The notes below the pieces were generated by a model. The model was not told where the DNA came from. It worked only from the letters and a program-made list of their open reading frames with translations, and made no database searches. The position numbers were made by a program, and so were the translations under genes. A stretch of DNA of 64,000 nucleotides, taken from the NCBI GenBank assembly GCA_035685405.1, contig DASSAL010000107.1, forward strand, positions 5,089 to 69,088. The letters are read 5' to 3'. Each line of letters begins with the position of its first letter. The first letter of the stretch is position 1. Of the stretch, positions 39,561 to 49,524 are shown in pieces. Source of the DNA: Actinoplanes sp. Its GTDB lineage: Bacteria > Actinomycetota > Actinomycetes > Mycobacteriales > Micromonosporaceae.

Positions 39561-40727
39561 TCATGCGCCCCACCCGGCCTGCTTGCCGCCGACCCGCTCG
39601 CTCTTGATTTTCTCGGCGTACCCGGACCCCGCGTACGCCTTGATCGGGTCCGGGTCCAGCCCCATGTCCGCGCGCAGGTCGCACAGCAGCGGCCGGACGT
39701 CGGTGTTGTACGCGTCCATCAGCACCGCGTTCGCGCCCAGCACGTCACCGGACTGCTGCGCGGCGGAGAGCGCATCCTGGTCGACCAGCAACGCCTTGGC
39801 GGTGGCCTCCTGCACGTTGAGCACCGAGCGGATGATCGCCGGAATCTTCGCCTCGATGTTGTGGCACTGGTCCAGCATGTAGGCAATCCCGTACTCCGGC
39901 TTGAGCGCGTCCGCCTTGACGATCTCGTGCAGGATCCGGAACAGCTGGAACGGATCCGCCGCACCGACCATCAGGTCGTCGTCGGCGTAGAACCGCGAGT
40001 TGAAGTCGAAGGCGCCCAGCTTCCCGGCGCGCAGCAGGAGGGCCACGATGAACTCGATGTTGGTGCCCGGCGCGTGGTGCCCGGTGTCGATCACCACCTG
40101 CGCCTTGTCGCCGAGCGTCATGCAGTGCAGGTATGCCGTGCCCCAGTCCGGCACGTCGGTGTGGTAGAAGGCCGGCTCGAACAGTTTGTACTCCAGTAGC
40201 ATCCGCTGGCCCTCGCCGAGCCGGTCATACGCGATCTGCAGCGCCTCGGCGAGCCGGTCCTGGCGGGCCCGGATGTCGTCCTGGCCGGGGTAGTTGGTTC
40301 CGTCGGAGAACCACAGCTTGAGATCGCGCGAGCCGGTGCGGTCCATGATGTCCACACACTCGAGCAGGTGGTCGGTCGCCTTGCGGCGGACCGCGGCGTC
40401 CGGGTTCGTGACGCTACCGAGCATGTAGTCGTTGTCCTGGAACACGTTGGCGTTGATGGTGCCGATGGCCACGCCCTGGTCGGCCGCGAACTTGGCCAGG
40501 TCGGCGTAGTCGTCGACCTTGTCCCACGGGATGTGCAGCGCGACCGAGGGCGCGACTCCGGTGAACCGCTGCACCTGCGCGGCGTCGGCGATCTTCTCGT
40601 ACGGGTCACGCGGCACACCCGGCTGGGGGAACACCTTGAAACGGGTGCCGGAGTTGGCGTATGCCCAGGAGGGCGTCTCGATGCGCTGGTTGCGCAGTGC
40701 TTGCTGGACGTGGTCGTGGGTGCTCAT
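39561..40727 (-). CDS. rhaI: L-rhamnose isomerase (RhaI type)
   Basis: PSWAYANSGTRF, LHIPWD, DGTNYPGQ, EYKLFEP, DTGHH, YADDDL. Confidence 0.94.
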   Translation of the reverse strand: MSTHDHVQQALRNQRIETPSWAYANSGTRFKVFPQPGVPRDPYEKIADAAQVQRFTGVAPSVALHIPWDKVDDYADLAKFAADQGVAIGTINANVFQDNDYMLGSVTNPDAAVRRKATDHLLECVDIMDRTGSRDLKLWFSDGTNYPGQDDIRARQDRLAEALQIAYDRLGEGQRMLLEYKLFEPAFYHTDVPDWGTAYLHCMTLGDKAQVVIDTGHHAPGTNIEFIVALLLRAGKLGAFDFNSRFYADDDLMVGAADPFQLFRILHEIVKADALKPEYGIAYMLDQCHNIEAKIPAIIRSVLNVQEATAKALLVDQDALSAAQQSGDVLGANAVLMDAYNTDVRPLLCDLRADMGLDPDPIKAYAGSGYAEKIKSERVGGKQAGWGA

Positions 40728-40757
40728 GACCGCCCTCTTCTTGACGGATGCTGGTGC

Positions 40758-40769
40758 TGAAACGTTTCA
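40758..40769. promoter_or_regulatory. LacI-type (RhaR) operator
   Basis: Perfect palindrome TGAAACGTTTCA upstream of rhaI; a second inverted repeat GTTTCA-T-TGAAAC at 40842-40854. Confidence 0.75.
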
Positions 40770-40867
40770 TTAACTCTGTTCCCAAAGTAGAAGCCATCTT
40801 CCGCTTTGGTCAAGAGGTCCGGAACTGATCTAGGCTGGGTCGTTTCATTGAAACTATGGGGGTAGCA

Positions 40868-41875
40868 ATGGCCGCGGCGAGCATCAAGGAGGTGGCCCAG
40901 CACGCCGGCGTCTCCCTGGGCACGGTCAGCAACGTGCTGAACCGCCCGGAGATGGTGGCGGAGGGCACGCGGCAACGGGTGCTGGACGCGATCGCCGCGC
41001 TGGGTTACGTGCGCAACGACACGGCCCGCCACTTGCGCGCCGGTCGCAGCCGGACCGTCGCCATCGTCGTGCTGGACGTGGCCAACCCGTTCTTCACCGA
41101 CGTGGTCCGCGGCGCCGAGCAGGTCATCGAGGCGGCCGGCTCGATGCTGGTGGTCTGCAACTCGGGCGAGGACTCCGCGCGCGAGGACCGGCACCTGGAG
41201 CTGCTCGAGGAGCAGCGGGTCGGCGGCATCCTGATCACCCCGGTGGCGGACGCCCGGCAGCCGGTGCTGCACCGGTTGATCGAACGCGGCATCCCGGTGG
41301 TCCTGGTGGACCGCGGCGCCGGCACGGCGAGCCGGTGCTCGGTGGCGGTGGACGACGAACTCGGCGGCCGGCTCGCCGTCGGCCATCTGCTGGAGCGCGG
41401 ACACCGGCGGATCGCCTACCTCGGCGGCCCGTTCGGCATCGCCCAGGTCGCCGACCGGTACGCCGGCGCCTCCGCCGCGGCGGCCGGTTACCCGGACGCC
41501 AAGCTGACCGTTGCCGAGACGCCGAACCTCACCGTCGCCTCCGGACGCAAGGCGGCGCAGAAGCTGGTCACCATGCCGGCGGCCGGGCGCCCGACGGCCA
41601 TCTTCTGCGCCAACGACCTGCTCGCGCTCGGCGTGCTGCAGGAGGTCACCGCCCGCGACCTGCGGGTGCCGCACGACGTGGCGATCGTCGGCTACGACGA
41701 CATCGAGTTCGCCGGCGCCGCCGCGGTGCCGCTGTCGTCCGTCCGCCAGCCCCGGGAACAGCTCGGTCGGACCGCGGCCGAGCTGCTCCTCGAGGAGGCC
41801 CGCGAGGGTGCCGATCACCAGCACCGGCACGTCGTCTTCCAACCCGAGCTGGTCGTCCGCGAGTCGTCCCGCTGA
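40868..41875 (+). CDS. LacI family regulator of rhamnose utilization
   Basis: IKEVAQHAGVSLGTVSNVLN, NPFF, CANDLLALG; divergent from rhaI. Confidence 0.93.
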   Translation: MAAASIKEVAQHAGVSLGTVSNVLNRPEMVAEGTRQRVLDAIAALGYVRNDTARHLRAGRSRTVAIVVLDVANPFFTDVVRGAEQVIEAAGSMLVVCNSGEDSAREDRHLELLEEQRVGGILITPVADARQPVLHRLIERGIPVVLVDRGAGTASRCSVAVDDELGGRLAVGHLLERGHRRIAYLGGPFGIAQVADRYAGASAAAAGYPDAKLTVAETPNLTVASGRKAAQKLVTMPAAGRPTAIFCANDLLALGVLQEVTARDLRVPHDVAIVGYDDIEFAGAAAVPLSSVRQPREQLGRTAAELLLEEAREGADHQHRHVVFQPELVVRESSR

Positions 41876-41888
41876 CGACGGAGGGCCG

Positions 41889-42740
41889 TCATCCCTTGAC
41901 CCCGCCCGCGGTCATGCCCTCGACGATGCGCCGGTTGAAGAACAGGAACATGATCAGCGGCGGGATCGTGATCAGCAGGATATCCATGAACAGCAGGTTG
42001 TACTGACTTGTGAACTGACTGGAGAAGTTGTAGACGGTCAGCTGCACGGTGGGTTCGCCGGGCAGAAAGTACAACGGCGTCTGGAAGTCGTTGAAGATGT
42101 TCACCGACTGGATCACGATCACGGTGACCGCGACCGACTTCAGCAGCGGGAAGATGACCCGGAAGAACAACCGCATCGGGCTGGCGCCGTCGATGGTGGC
42201 GGCTTCGTCGATGTCGCGGGGGATGCTGGCGATGAACGCCCGGAACAGCAGGATGCAGAACGAGATGCCGAACGCCACCTCGACCAGGATCAACCCGAAC
42301 ATGGTGCGGAACAGCCCCATGCCTTCGAGCACCCAGATCGTCGGCACCACCGCGGGTGGAATGATCAGGCCGGCCAGAACCAGGAAGTTGATGAAGCCGG
42401 CCCACCGGGTTTTGCGGCGTTGCAGGACGTAGGCGACCACGGCCGAGAGCACCACCAGGATCGCCACGCTGCACACGGTGAGGATCGCGCTGTTGATGAA
42501 CGCGATGATCAGCATGTAGTCGCGCGACTCGATGACCTCCTGGAAGTTCTGGACCAACTGAGGGTTCGCCGGCCAGGTGAAGGACAGCTCGCTGGCCTCC
42601 TGCCGGGTCTTCAAGGCCATCACAGCCATGAACAGGAACGGCACCACGAAGATCACGAACGACACCACGATGGCGATCACGCTGAGCGGGATGTTCTTCC
42701 GCGGCTTGCGGCGCGGCTGAGCGACGGCGACCGTGCTCAC
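41889..42740 (-). CDS. Carbohydrate ABC transporter permease
   Basis: EAA loop IPRDIDEAATIDGA, GMTAGGVKG C-terminus. Confidence 0.92.
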   Translation of the reverse strand: MSTVAVAQPRRKPRKNIPLSVIAIVVSFVIFVVPFLFMAVMALKTRQEASELSFTWPANPQLVQNFQEVIESRDYMLIIAFINSAILTVCSVAILVVLSAVVAYVLQRRKTRWAGFINFLVLAGLIIPPAVVPTIWVLEGMGLFRTMFGLILVEVAFGISFCILLFRAFIASIPRDIDEAATIDGASPMRLFFRVIFPLLKSVAVTVIVIQSVNIFNDFQTPLYFLPGEPTVQLTVYNFSSQFTSQYNLLFMDILLITIPPLIMFLFFNRRIVEGMTAGGVKG

Positions 42741-43678
42741 AGGTCCACCTCCTTGCGGCTGAGGAACATGAACAGCGGCACCACGATCGCGGTGACCAGG
42801 ACGAACAGGATGACGTTGCCGGCCGTGGACAGCCCGTAGAAGCCGGCCTGGTACTGCTTGTAGATCACCGAGGCGATCACGTCGGAGCTGAAGCCCGGAC
42901 CGCCGCGGGTGGTCGCCCAGATCAGGTCGAACGAGCGCAGGCCGCCGATCAGCGACAGGATGATCACCGTGACCGTGGCCGGCTTGGCCAGCGGCAGCAC
43001 GATGTGGAAGAAGCTGGACGTGGAGCTGGCACCGTCGACCTTGGCCGCTTCGAAGTACTCCCGGGGGATGGACACGATGCCGGCGATGTAGATCAGCGTG
43101 GCCAGCCCGACGCCCTTCCACACGTCGATCAGCGCGATGGAGTACAGCGCCAGGTCCGGGTCCGTGAGCCAGCCGGGACCGTCGATGCCGAACAGCGCGA
43201 GGGTCTCGTTGATCAGGCCGCGTTCCGGATTCATCATGACCTGGAACATGATGCCGACGCCGATGCCGGACAGCAGCACCGGGAAGAACACCACCGAGCG
43301 CAGGTAGCCCCGAGCGATGATCTGCGAGGTGAGCAACACGGCCAGCAGCATTCCCAGGACGACTTTGAGCCCCGAGGTGATCACGCCGTAGATCAACGTG
43401 TTGACCAGACCCTTGACCAGCGCCGGCTCCTGGAAGAACGCGACGAAGTTGTCCAGGCCGATGAACTCGGTCTCGAACAGCGACCACCGGGTCAGGCTGA
43501 AGTAGAACGACGCGAACGTCGGCACCAGGAACAACACCGAGTAGATGATCGCGGCGGGCAGATAGAACCAGTACGGGTACTGATGGTCGAGCCGGTTCTT
43601 CGGACGGCGCTTGCCGGCCGCTGGAGCAGCACCCCGGCCGGTGCCCGGCGCGACGGTGGTGGTCGTTGTCGTTGCCAT
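42737..43678 (-). CDS. Carbohydrate ABC transporter permease
   Basis: FIGLDNF, IPREYFEAAKVDGA, TRGGPG. Confidence 0.92.
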   Translation of the reverse strand: MATTTTTTVAPGTGRGAAPAAGKRRPKNRLDHQYPYWFYLPAAIIYSVLFLVPTFASFYFSLTRWSLFETEFIGLDNFVAFFQEPALVKGLVNTLIYGVITSGLKVVLGMLLAVLLTSQIIARGYLRSVVFFPVLLSGIGVGIMFQVMMNPERGLINETLALFGIDGPGWLTDPDLALYSIALIDVWKGVGLATLIYIAGIVSIPREYFEAAKVDGASSTSSFFHIVLPLAKPATVTVIILSLIGGLRSFDLIWATTRGGPGFSSDVIASVIYKQYQAGFYGLSTAGNVILFVLVTAIVVPLFMFLSRKEVDL

Positions 43679-43750
43679 GAGTGGGCCTCCTCCGGCCTTG
43701 TCCATCCGGTCCCGCGGCGTTGCGGCCGCGGGACCGGATCGATGTACGGC

Positions 43751-45073
43751 CTACCAGCCGTCCAGACCGAGTTGCTGGGCCTGCTTCTTCACGTCCTGGT
43801 CGTAGAGTTCGGCGGCGGACTTGGCGTCGCGGATCTTGGAGCCCACCTCGACGGTGATCTGCTCCAGCGCGGGGCCCTTGATCGGCGACAGGAATTCCAG
43901 CGCCAGGCTGGACGCCCCCGGCTTGTCGACGTACGACTGGATGTCCTTGGCCACCTGCGACACGTCGGCCGGCAGCTCACAGTTCTTGATCGCGTAGGGA
44001 CCGGTCGGCGTGGCCGCGGTCGAATGCGACTTACACCCGTCCGGGCTGGCGATGAACGCGACGAACTTCTTGGCCGCGTCCAACTTGGCCCCCTCGGTCG
44101 ACGTGGGGATGTAGACGCCACCGGGAGTCCAGACGGTCAGCCCGTTCTTGGCCGCGTCGTCGCCGGGCAGCGGGAACAGCCCGACGTCGTTGACCTTGTC
44201 CGGGGAGTCGGCGGCGAGCTGGGTCAGAGTTGCGGACAGGATCGGATAATGCGCGCCTTCACCGTTGGCGAGTTTCCGCAGGCCGTCGGGAACCTTCGCC
44301 GAGGCGAAGTCCTTGTTGAAGTAGCCGGCGTCGGCCACCTCCTGGTGGTGCTGGAAGCCCTTGATTGCGGCGGGCGACGTGGCGTATTTGGCCTGGTTGT
44401 TCGTGTAACGCTCCGGGAAGTCCGGCTCAGCCGCCAGGACATTGTGGAAGTCACCCAGCACGAACAGCTGTGAGGTCCAGGTCTCCCCATAGGTCTGGAT
44501 GACCGGGTCGATGCCGGCTGCCTTGATCTTGGCGTTGTTCGCCATGAACTCCGCCCAGGTCGTCGGCACCTGCAGGCCCAGCTTGTCGTAGACCGGCCGG
44601 CTGTACATGATCGCGCCGGACATGAACGTGCCGCCCGGCGCGCCGTAGACCTTGCCGTTCGCCGTCACGGTCTTCTTGAAGTTGTCGTCGAGCTGCGCGA
44701 TCCACGGCTGGTCGTCGAGCGGCACCAGATTCTTCTCCGGCGCGATCGCTTGGAACAGCGAGCCGGTGTTGTACCCGAACACATCCGTCATGTCGCCGGT
44801 GGACAGCCGTGTCTTCACCAGGTTGTCGCCTTCGCCGCCTTCCGGTCGCGTCTCGACCTTGACCGTGATGGTCGGGTTCTTCGCGGTGAAGTCCTTGCTG
44901 AGCTGCTCGGCGATCTTGACGTCGTCCTCGCTGTTGCCGACGGAGTACGACAGCGTGACGTTGCCGCCCTCGCCGCCGCTGTCACTGGATCCGAGGTCGC
45001 CGGCGCTGCAGGCCGACAACACGAGGGTGGCCACGGCCGCCACGGCCATGACGCTGGGGTGTCGTAGTCGCAT
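43751..45073 (-). CDS. Carbohydrate ABC substrate-binding lipoprotein (probably rhamnose oligosaccharides)
   Basis: Lipobox LSAC, family 1 solute-binding features, cluster context. Confidence 0.9.
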   Translation of the reverse strand: MRLRHPSVMAVAAVATLVLSACSAGDLGSSDSGGEGGNVTLSYSVGNSEDDVKIAEQLSKDFTAKNPTITVKVETRPEGGEGDNLVKTRLSTGDMTDVFGYNTGSLFQAIAPEKNLVPLDDQPWIAQLDDNFKKTVTANGKVYGAPGGTFMSGAIMYSRPVYDKLGLQVPTTWAEFMANNAKIKAAGIDPVIQTYGETWTSQLFVLGDFHNVLAAEPDFPERYTNNQAKYATSPAAIKGFQHHQEVADAGYFNKDFASAKVPDGLRKLANGEGAHYPILSATLTQLAADSPDKVNDVGLFPLPGDDAAKNGLTVWTPGGVYIPTSTEGAKLDAAKKFVAFIASPDGCKSHSTAATPTGPYAIKNCELPADVSQVAKDIQSYVDKPGASSLALEFLSPIKGPALEQITVEVGSKIRDAKSAAELYDQDVKKQAQQLGLDGW

Positions 45074-45117
45074 GGGCACTCCTAGCCGGGGAGGGGAAAT
45101 CTGAGGGGAGTCAACTT

Positions 45118-45129
45118 TGAATCGTTTCA
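45118..45129. promoter_or_regulatory. LacI-type (RhaR) operator
   Basis: TGAATCGTTTCA upstream of the binding-protein gene. Confidence 0.7.
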
Positions 45130-45178
45130 GTGTGAGCAGGATTACTGTAAGCGCCATGTCAGGCGCACGTCAAGAACG

Positions 45179-47929
45179 TCACGACGGCAGAACGCCCTCG
45201 ATCCGCGCGCGGAACTCCTCGGTACCGGACGCGAAATTCCTGGGCACCGCCGAGTCGACCAGCTGACTCGCCGGAGCGTCGAAATGCGCTGCCACCCGGG
45301 CGGCCAGTTCCGCCTCGTCCGCCGCCACGCCGGCATCGACCGCCGCCTCGACCACCTTCCGCCAGGTCGGTTCGTGGTCGAGCACCTGCCGGATGGTGGC
45401 GTCAGCGGGCAGCGGCTCGTCGGACACCGGATCCGGCACCACCCATTGGTGACTCCCGTGCCGGACCGTCACCGGCTCGGCCGTGCCGGGCACCAGCACG
45501 GCGGCCGACGTACCCACCGGCACCGTCACGTCGAGCGTGAGCTGCCCGTCGCGGCGGTGCCAGGAGACCTTGGCCTCGCCGTACGGGGTCAGGTGCCGAG
45601 CCGACGCGAAGGTCAGGCCGCGTCCCGGTACCGGCCGGACATCCAGCTCGCGATAAGCCGGCGCGGCCGGCGCCAGACCGGCCACCCGGCGGTGCATCCA
45701 GTCCGCCACCGCACCCAGCGCGTAGTGGTTGAACGACGTCATCTGGCCCGGGTTGATGCTGCCGTCCGGCAACATGCTGTCCCACCGCTCCCAGACGGTG
45801 GTCGCGCCCATCGTCACCGAGTACAGCCAGGATGGGCAGCCGGTCTGCAACAACAGCCGGTACGCCAGTTCCGGCTCACCGGCGTCGGTGAGGGCGTCGG
45901 TCATCAGCGGCGTACCGAGGAAGCCGGTGCTGATCCGGAAACCGGCCGTGCGGATCAGGTCCGCGAGCCGCTCCCCCGCATGCCGCCGTTGCTCCGCGCC
46001 CGGCAGCAAGGCCCATTGCAGGGCCAGGCCGTACGCGGTGGCCGAGTCGGACAGCACCCGCCCGCTCCCGGTCACGTACTCGTGGGCGAACGCGGTCCGG
46101 ACCCGGTCGGCGAGTGCGCTGTAGCGCGCCGCGGTGTCGGCGTCACCGGTGAGTGCCGCCGCCTGCCCGACCACTTCGGCGGACCGGGCGAAGTGCGCGG
46201 TGGCGATCACGTCCGGGTCGGCCTTGGCCTGGGCCGGCTTGTCCGGCGGCGCGGTCGGGTCCAGCCAGTCGCCGAACTGGAACCCGCCCGACCAGAGGAG
46301 ATCGGAGCCGGCCAGGTCCTCCATCCGGTCCACCCACGCCCGCATGCTGGGCAGCTGCCGCCGCAGCAGGGCGACGTCGCCGGTACGCTGGTAGATCACC
46401 CACGGGACCAGCGTGGCGGCGTCCCCCCAGCCGGTCGCGGCCGGCCCCGGCTGCCGCAGCACATCCGGGATCACGAACGGAACCGAGCCGTCCTTGTGCT
46501 GCTCGACGGCCAGGTCGGCGAGCCAGTTGGTGAGGAAGCCGGCCGCGTTGAACAGGAAGCTCGCGGTCGGCGCGAACACCTGGATGTCACCGGTCCAGCC
46601 GAGCCGCTCGTCCCGCTGCGGGCAGTCGGTCGGCACGTCGACGAAGTTGCCGCGCATGCCCCAGACCACGTTCTCGTGGAACCGGTTGAGCAGGTCGTGG
46701 GAGCTGTCGAACCAGCCGGTCCGGGTCAGGTCGGAGCCGACCACCACGGCCTGGATGTCGTCGCGGCCGATCTCCGCGCCGGTCACCTCGGCGTACCGGA
46801 AGCCGTGGAAGGTCAGATTCGGCTCCAGCGTGACCTCGCCGTCGCTGGCCAGGATCCAGGAGTCAGTGGCCTTGGCCGTACGCAACGGACGTACGCCCAG
46901 CTCACCGTGTTCGAGCACCTCGGCGTGCCGGAGCGTGACCGTCTGCCCGGCCCGTCCCCGGACCGTCAGGCGCACCCAGCCGACCAGGTTCTGGCCGAAG
47001 TCCACCAGGGTCCGGTCGCCGCGCGGGGCGAGTTCCACGGCCGGCAGCACGTCGGTGATCCGGACCGGCGGGCCGTCCGGGGCGACCAGCCGGCCCAGAT
47101 CGGCCGGGACCTCTTCGACCGGTGCCTCGCCGCCGGCCGTCCGGCGCAGGTCGGTGTGCTGGCCGTCGTACAGGTCGTCGGCGACGATCTGGCTCTCCCG
47201 GGCGGTCCAGCTGCCGTCGGTGGCCAGCACGTGCACCTGCCCGTCGGCCGTGGTCACCTCGAGCTGGGCCAGCAGCGCCAGCCGGTCGCCGTACACCGCC
47301 CGCGAATCCCGGAAGCCGAGCCGGCCCCGGAACCACCCGTTGCCGAGCAGCACCTCGAGGGTGTTCTCACCGCTGCGCAGCTGGCCGGTCACGTCGTACG
47401 TCTGGTAGCGCAACCGGTGGTCGTAGCTAGTCCAGCCGGGGGTGAGCTGCTGGTCGCCGACCCGCTCGCCGTTGAGCTCGGCTTCGTACAGCCCGTGCGC
47501 GGTGATGTAGAGGCGGGCCTTGATGACCTCACCGGGGATCGACACCCGGCCGCGCAGCACCGGGGCCGGCTGATCCAGCCCGGCGATGCCGGCCGGGCTG
47601 ATGAAGCGGGCGGTCCAGTCGCCGGTGTCCAGCAGGCCGGCCTCGACGACGTTCGGTTCACTCCACTCACCGTCGTTCACCGCCACCCGGACCGTCGCGC
47701 GCTCGCGAGACCGCAGCGGTGCCACCGGCCAGTCGACCAGCACCTGATCCGCCGATTCGACGGTGGTGACCTGTGGTTCGCCGTCGCCGACGCGCACCTC
47801 CAGGCGATAGCTGTGCTGCTCGTAGTCGGGTTTGGCAGCCGGCAACGTCCACGAGATGCGCGGGGCCGGTGTCCCGATGCCGAGCACCGGCCCGTCGTGG
47901 TGTTCGAACCGGGGAGTGGTCGGGGCCAT
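45179..47929 (-). CDS. Alpha-L-rhamnosidase (GH78)
   Basis: DFGQNLVG, FHGFRY, PTDCPQRDERLGWTGD, GATTVWERW, SFNHYALG. Confidence 0.95.
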   Translation of the reverse strand: MAPTTPRFEHHDGPVLGIGTPAPRISWTLPAAKPDYEQHSYRLEVRVGDGEPQVTTVESADQVLVDWPVAPLRSRERATVRVAVNDGEWSEPNVVEAGLLDTGDWTARFISPAGIAGLDQPAPVLRGRVSIPGEVIKARLYITAHGLYEAELNGERVGDQQLTPGWTSYDHRLRYQTYDVTGQLRSGENTLEVLLGNGWFRGRLGFRDSRAVYGDRLALLAQLEVTTADGQVHVLATDGSWTARESQIVADDLYDGQHTDLRRTAGGEAPVEEVPADLGRLVAPDGPPVRITDVLPAVELAPRGDRTLVDFGQNLVGWVRLTVRGRAGQTVTLRHAEVLEHGELGVRPLRTAKATDSWILASDGEVTLEPNLTFHGFRYAEVTGAEIGRDDIQAVVVGSDLTRTGWFDSSHDLLNRFHENVVWGMRGNFVDVPTDCPQRDERLGWTGDIQVFAPTASFLFNAAGFLTNWLADLAVEQHKDGSVPFVIPDVLRQPGPAATGWGDAATLVPWVIYQRTGDVALLRRQLPSMRAWVDRMEDLAGSDLLWSGGFQFGDWLDPTAPPDKPAQAKADPDVIATAHFARSAEVVGQAAALTGDADTAARYSALADRVRTAFAHEYVTGSGRVLSDSATAYGLALQWALLPGAEQRRHAGERLADLIRTAGFRISTGFLGTPLMTDALTDAGEPELAYRLLLQTGCPSWLYSVTMGATTVWERWDSMLPDGSINPGQMTSFNHYALGAVADWMHRRVAGLAPAAPAYRELDVRPVPGRGLTFASARHLTPYGEAKVSWHRRDGQLTLDVTVPVGTSAAVLVPGTAEPVTVRHGSHQWVVPDPVSDEPLPADATIRQVLDHEPTWRKVVEAAVDAGVAADEAELAARVAAHFDAPASQLVDSAVPRNFASGTEEFRARIEGVLPS

Positions 47930-47941
47930 GTGGCCCTCCTC

Positions 47942-47955
47942 TTGAATCGATTCAA
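47942..47955. promoter_or_regulatory. LacI-type (RhaR) operator
   Basis: Perfect palindrome TTGAATCGATTCAA just upstream of the GH78 RBS. Confidence 0.75.
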
Positions 47956-48016
47956 TGGTCCGAGCTCGATACTCCCCATATGACGAGGCTCACGTCAAGC
48001 CCGACAACGCCCCTGG

Positions 48017-48796
48017 CTACACGTCCCGGCGTCGTACCGCCGCAACGGCGCCGATCAGGAACACCGCCACCCACGCGGTGACGACCAGGAACCCGACCCA
48101 GGCCGGCAGCATCCCGGGCACCGACAGCGGCTCGCGCATCACCGCGCCCGCGTTGGCCGGCAGCACCCGCGCGTACATCTGTCCGGGCGCCTCGGGCAAC
48201 ACCAGGCCGATCACCGGGAGCACGTACAGCAGGCCGAACAGCACCCCGATCGCGCCGGCCGTGCTGCGCACCAGCCAACCCACGGCACCGGCCAGTACCG
48301 CGATCAAGGTCAGGTACACCGCCGCACCGACCAGGGCGCGCAGCACACCGGGAGCGGTCCAGGACAGTTGCAGGCCGGCGGACCCGAGCAGTGCCCGGTC
48401 GGCGGCGAACGTCCCGAAGATCAGTGCCAGCGACATGCCCAGGACGATCGCGCCCACGACGCCCGCCTTGGCGAGAATCACCGGGGTCCGCGCCGGTATG
48501 GCGGTGAACGACGAGCGCACCGAACCGGTCGCGTACTCGCCGGTGACCGCGAGGACACCGAACACGGCGACGACGATCTCGGCCGCGCTGATCCCGGCCA
48601 GCGTCCCGCCCAGGGCGCCCACGTCGGCGGGGTCCGCGGACAGCTGGCCCAGTGCGACGCCGAGGCTGGTCATGATGCCGGCCGCCGGGATGGCGACGGC
48701 CAGCACGGCCAGCGTCCACCAGGTCGAGCGCAGGCTCATCTCCTTGCGCCACTCCGAGGACAGGATCCGTGGTGCGGTGATGCCGATGGTGGTCAT
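48017..48796 (-). CDS. ABC transporter permease
   Basis: SEWRK..SLRSTWW, GEYATG, six TM segments, RRRDV C-terminus. Confidence 0.9.
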   Translation of the reverse strand: MTTIGITAPRILSSEWRKEMSLRSTWWTLAVLAVAIPAAGIMTSLGVALGQLSADPADVGALGGTLAGISAAEIVVAVFGVLAVTGEYATGSVRSSFTAIPARTPVILAKAGVVGAIVLGMSLALIFGTFAADRALLGSAGLQLSWTAPGVLRALVGAAVYLTLIAVLAGAVGWLVRSTAGAIGVLFGLLYVLPVIGLVLPEAPGQMYARVLPANAGAVMREPLSVPGMLPAWVGFLVVTAWVAVFLIGAVAAVRRRDV

Positions 48797-49524
48797 GACG
48801 CTGCGCTCCTCGACAGGCTCGGGTATTCGGTTTCGTTCTGGGTCAGGGCCAGGTACGCGTCCTCGAGCGACCCGGCCGCGGTCAGTTCGGTGGTGGGCTG
48901 ATCCGCCAGCAGCCGGCCCCGGCCAAGCACGATCAGGTGGTCCGCGGTCATCGCCATCTCGCTCATCAGGTGCGACGACAGGAACACCGTGCGGCCCTCG
49001 GCGGCCAGCGACCGCAGGAACCGCCGGACCCAGCGGATGCCCTCCGGGTCGAGCCCGTTGACCGGCTCGTCCAGCAGCACCACGCCCGGGTCGCCGAGCA
49101 GGGCGGCGGCGATACCGAGGCGCTGCGACATGCCGAGCGAGAAACCGCCCGGCCGTTTGCCGGCCACCGGCTGCAGGCCGACCATGTCGATCACCTCGTC
49201 GATCCGGCGGCGCGGGATGCCGTGCGTGGCGGCCAGCACGGCCAGGTGCTGGTACGCGGTCCGGCGCGGGTGCACCGCCTTGGCGTCCAGCAGCGCGCCG
49301 ACCTCATGCAGCGGTGCCGGTGCGTCGGCGTACCGCCGGCCGTTGACGGTGATCTCGCCGGCGTCGGATCTGGCCAGGCCGACGATCATCCGCATGGTGG
49401 TGGACTTGCCGGCGCCGTTGGGCCCCAGGAAACCGGTCACCACACCGGGCCGGACGGTGAAGGTGAGGTCGTCGACGGCGGTGTGCTTGCCGAAGCGCTT
49501 GGTGACGTGCTGTACCTCGATCAT
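48793..49524 (-). CDS. ABC transporter ATP-binding protein (BcrA-like)
   Basis: GPNGAGKST, FSLGMSQR, LLDEP. Confidence 0.93.
   Translation of the reverse strand: MIEVQHVTKRFGKHTAVDDLTFTVRPGVVTGFLGPNGAGKSTTMRMIVGLARSDAGEITVNGRRYADAPAPLHEVGALLDAKAVHPRRTAYQHLAVLAATHGIPRRRIDEVIDMVGLQPVAGKRPGGFSLGMSQRLGIAAALLGDPGVVLLDEPVNGLDPEGIRWVRRFLRSLAAEGRTVFLSSHLMSEMAMTADHLIVLGRGRLLADQPTTELTAAGSLEDAYLALTQNETEYPSLSRSAAS

Noticed and set aside
45284..47983. Long antisense ORFs (899 aa here; also 5266-7725, 50923-53538, 13904-15859 and others)
   Set aside because: These are stop-poor shadow frames of high-GC genes, with no motifs, opposite well-supported CDSs.
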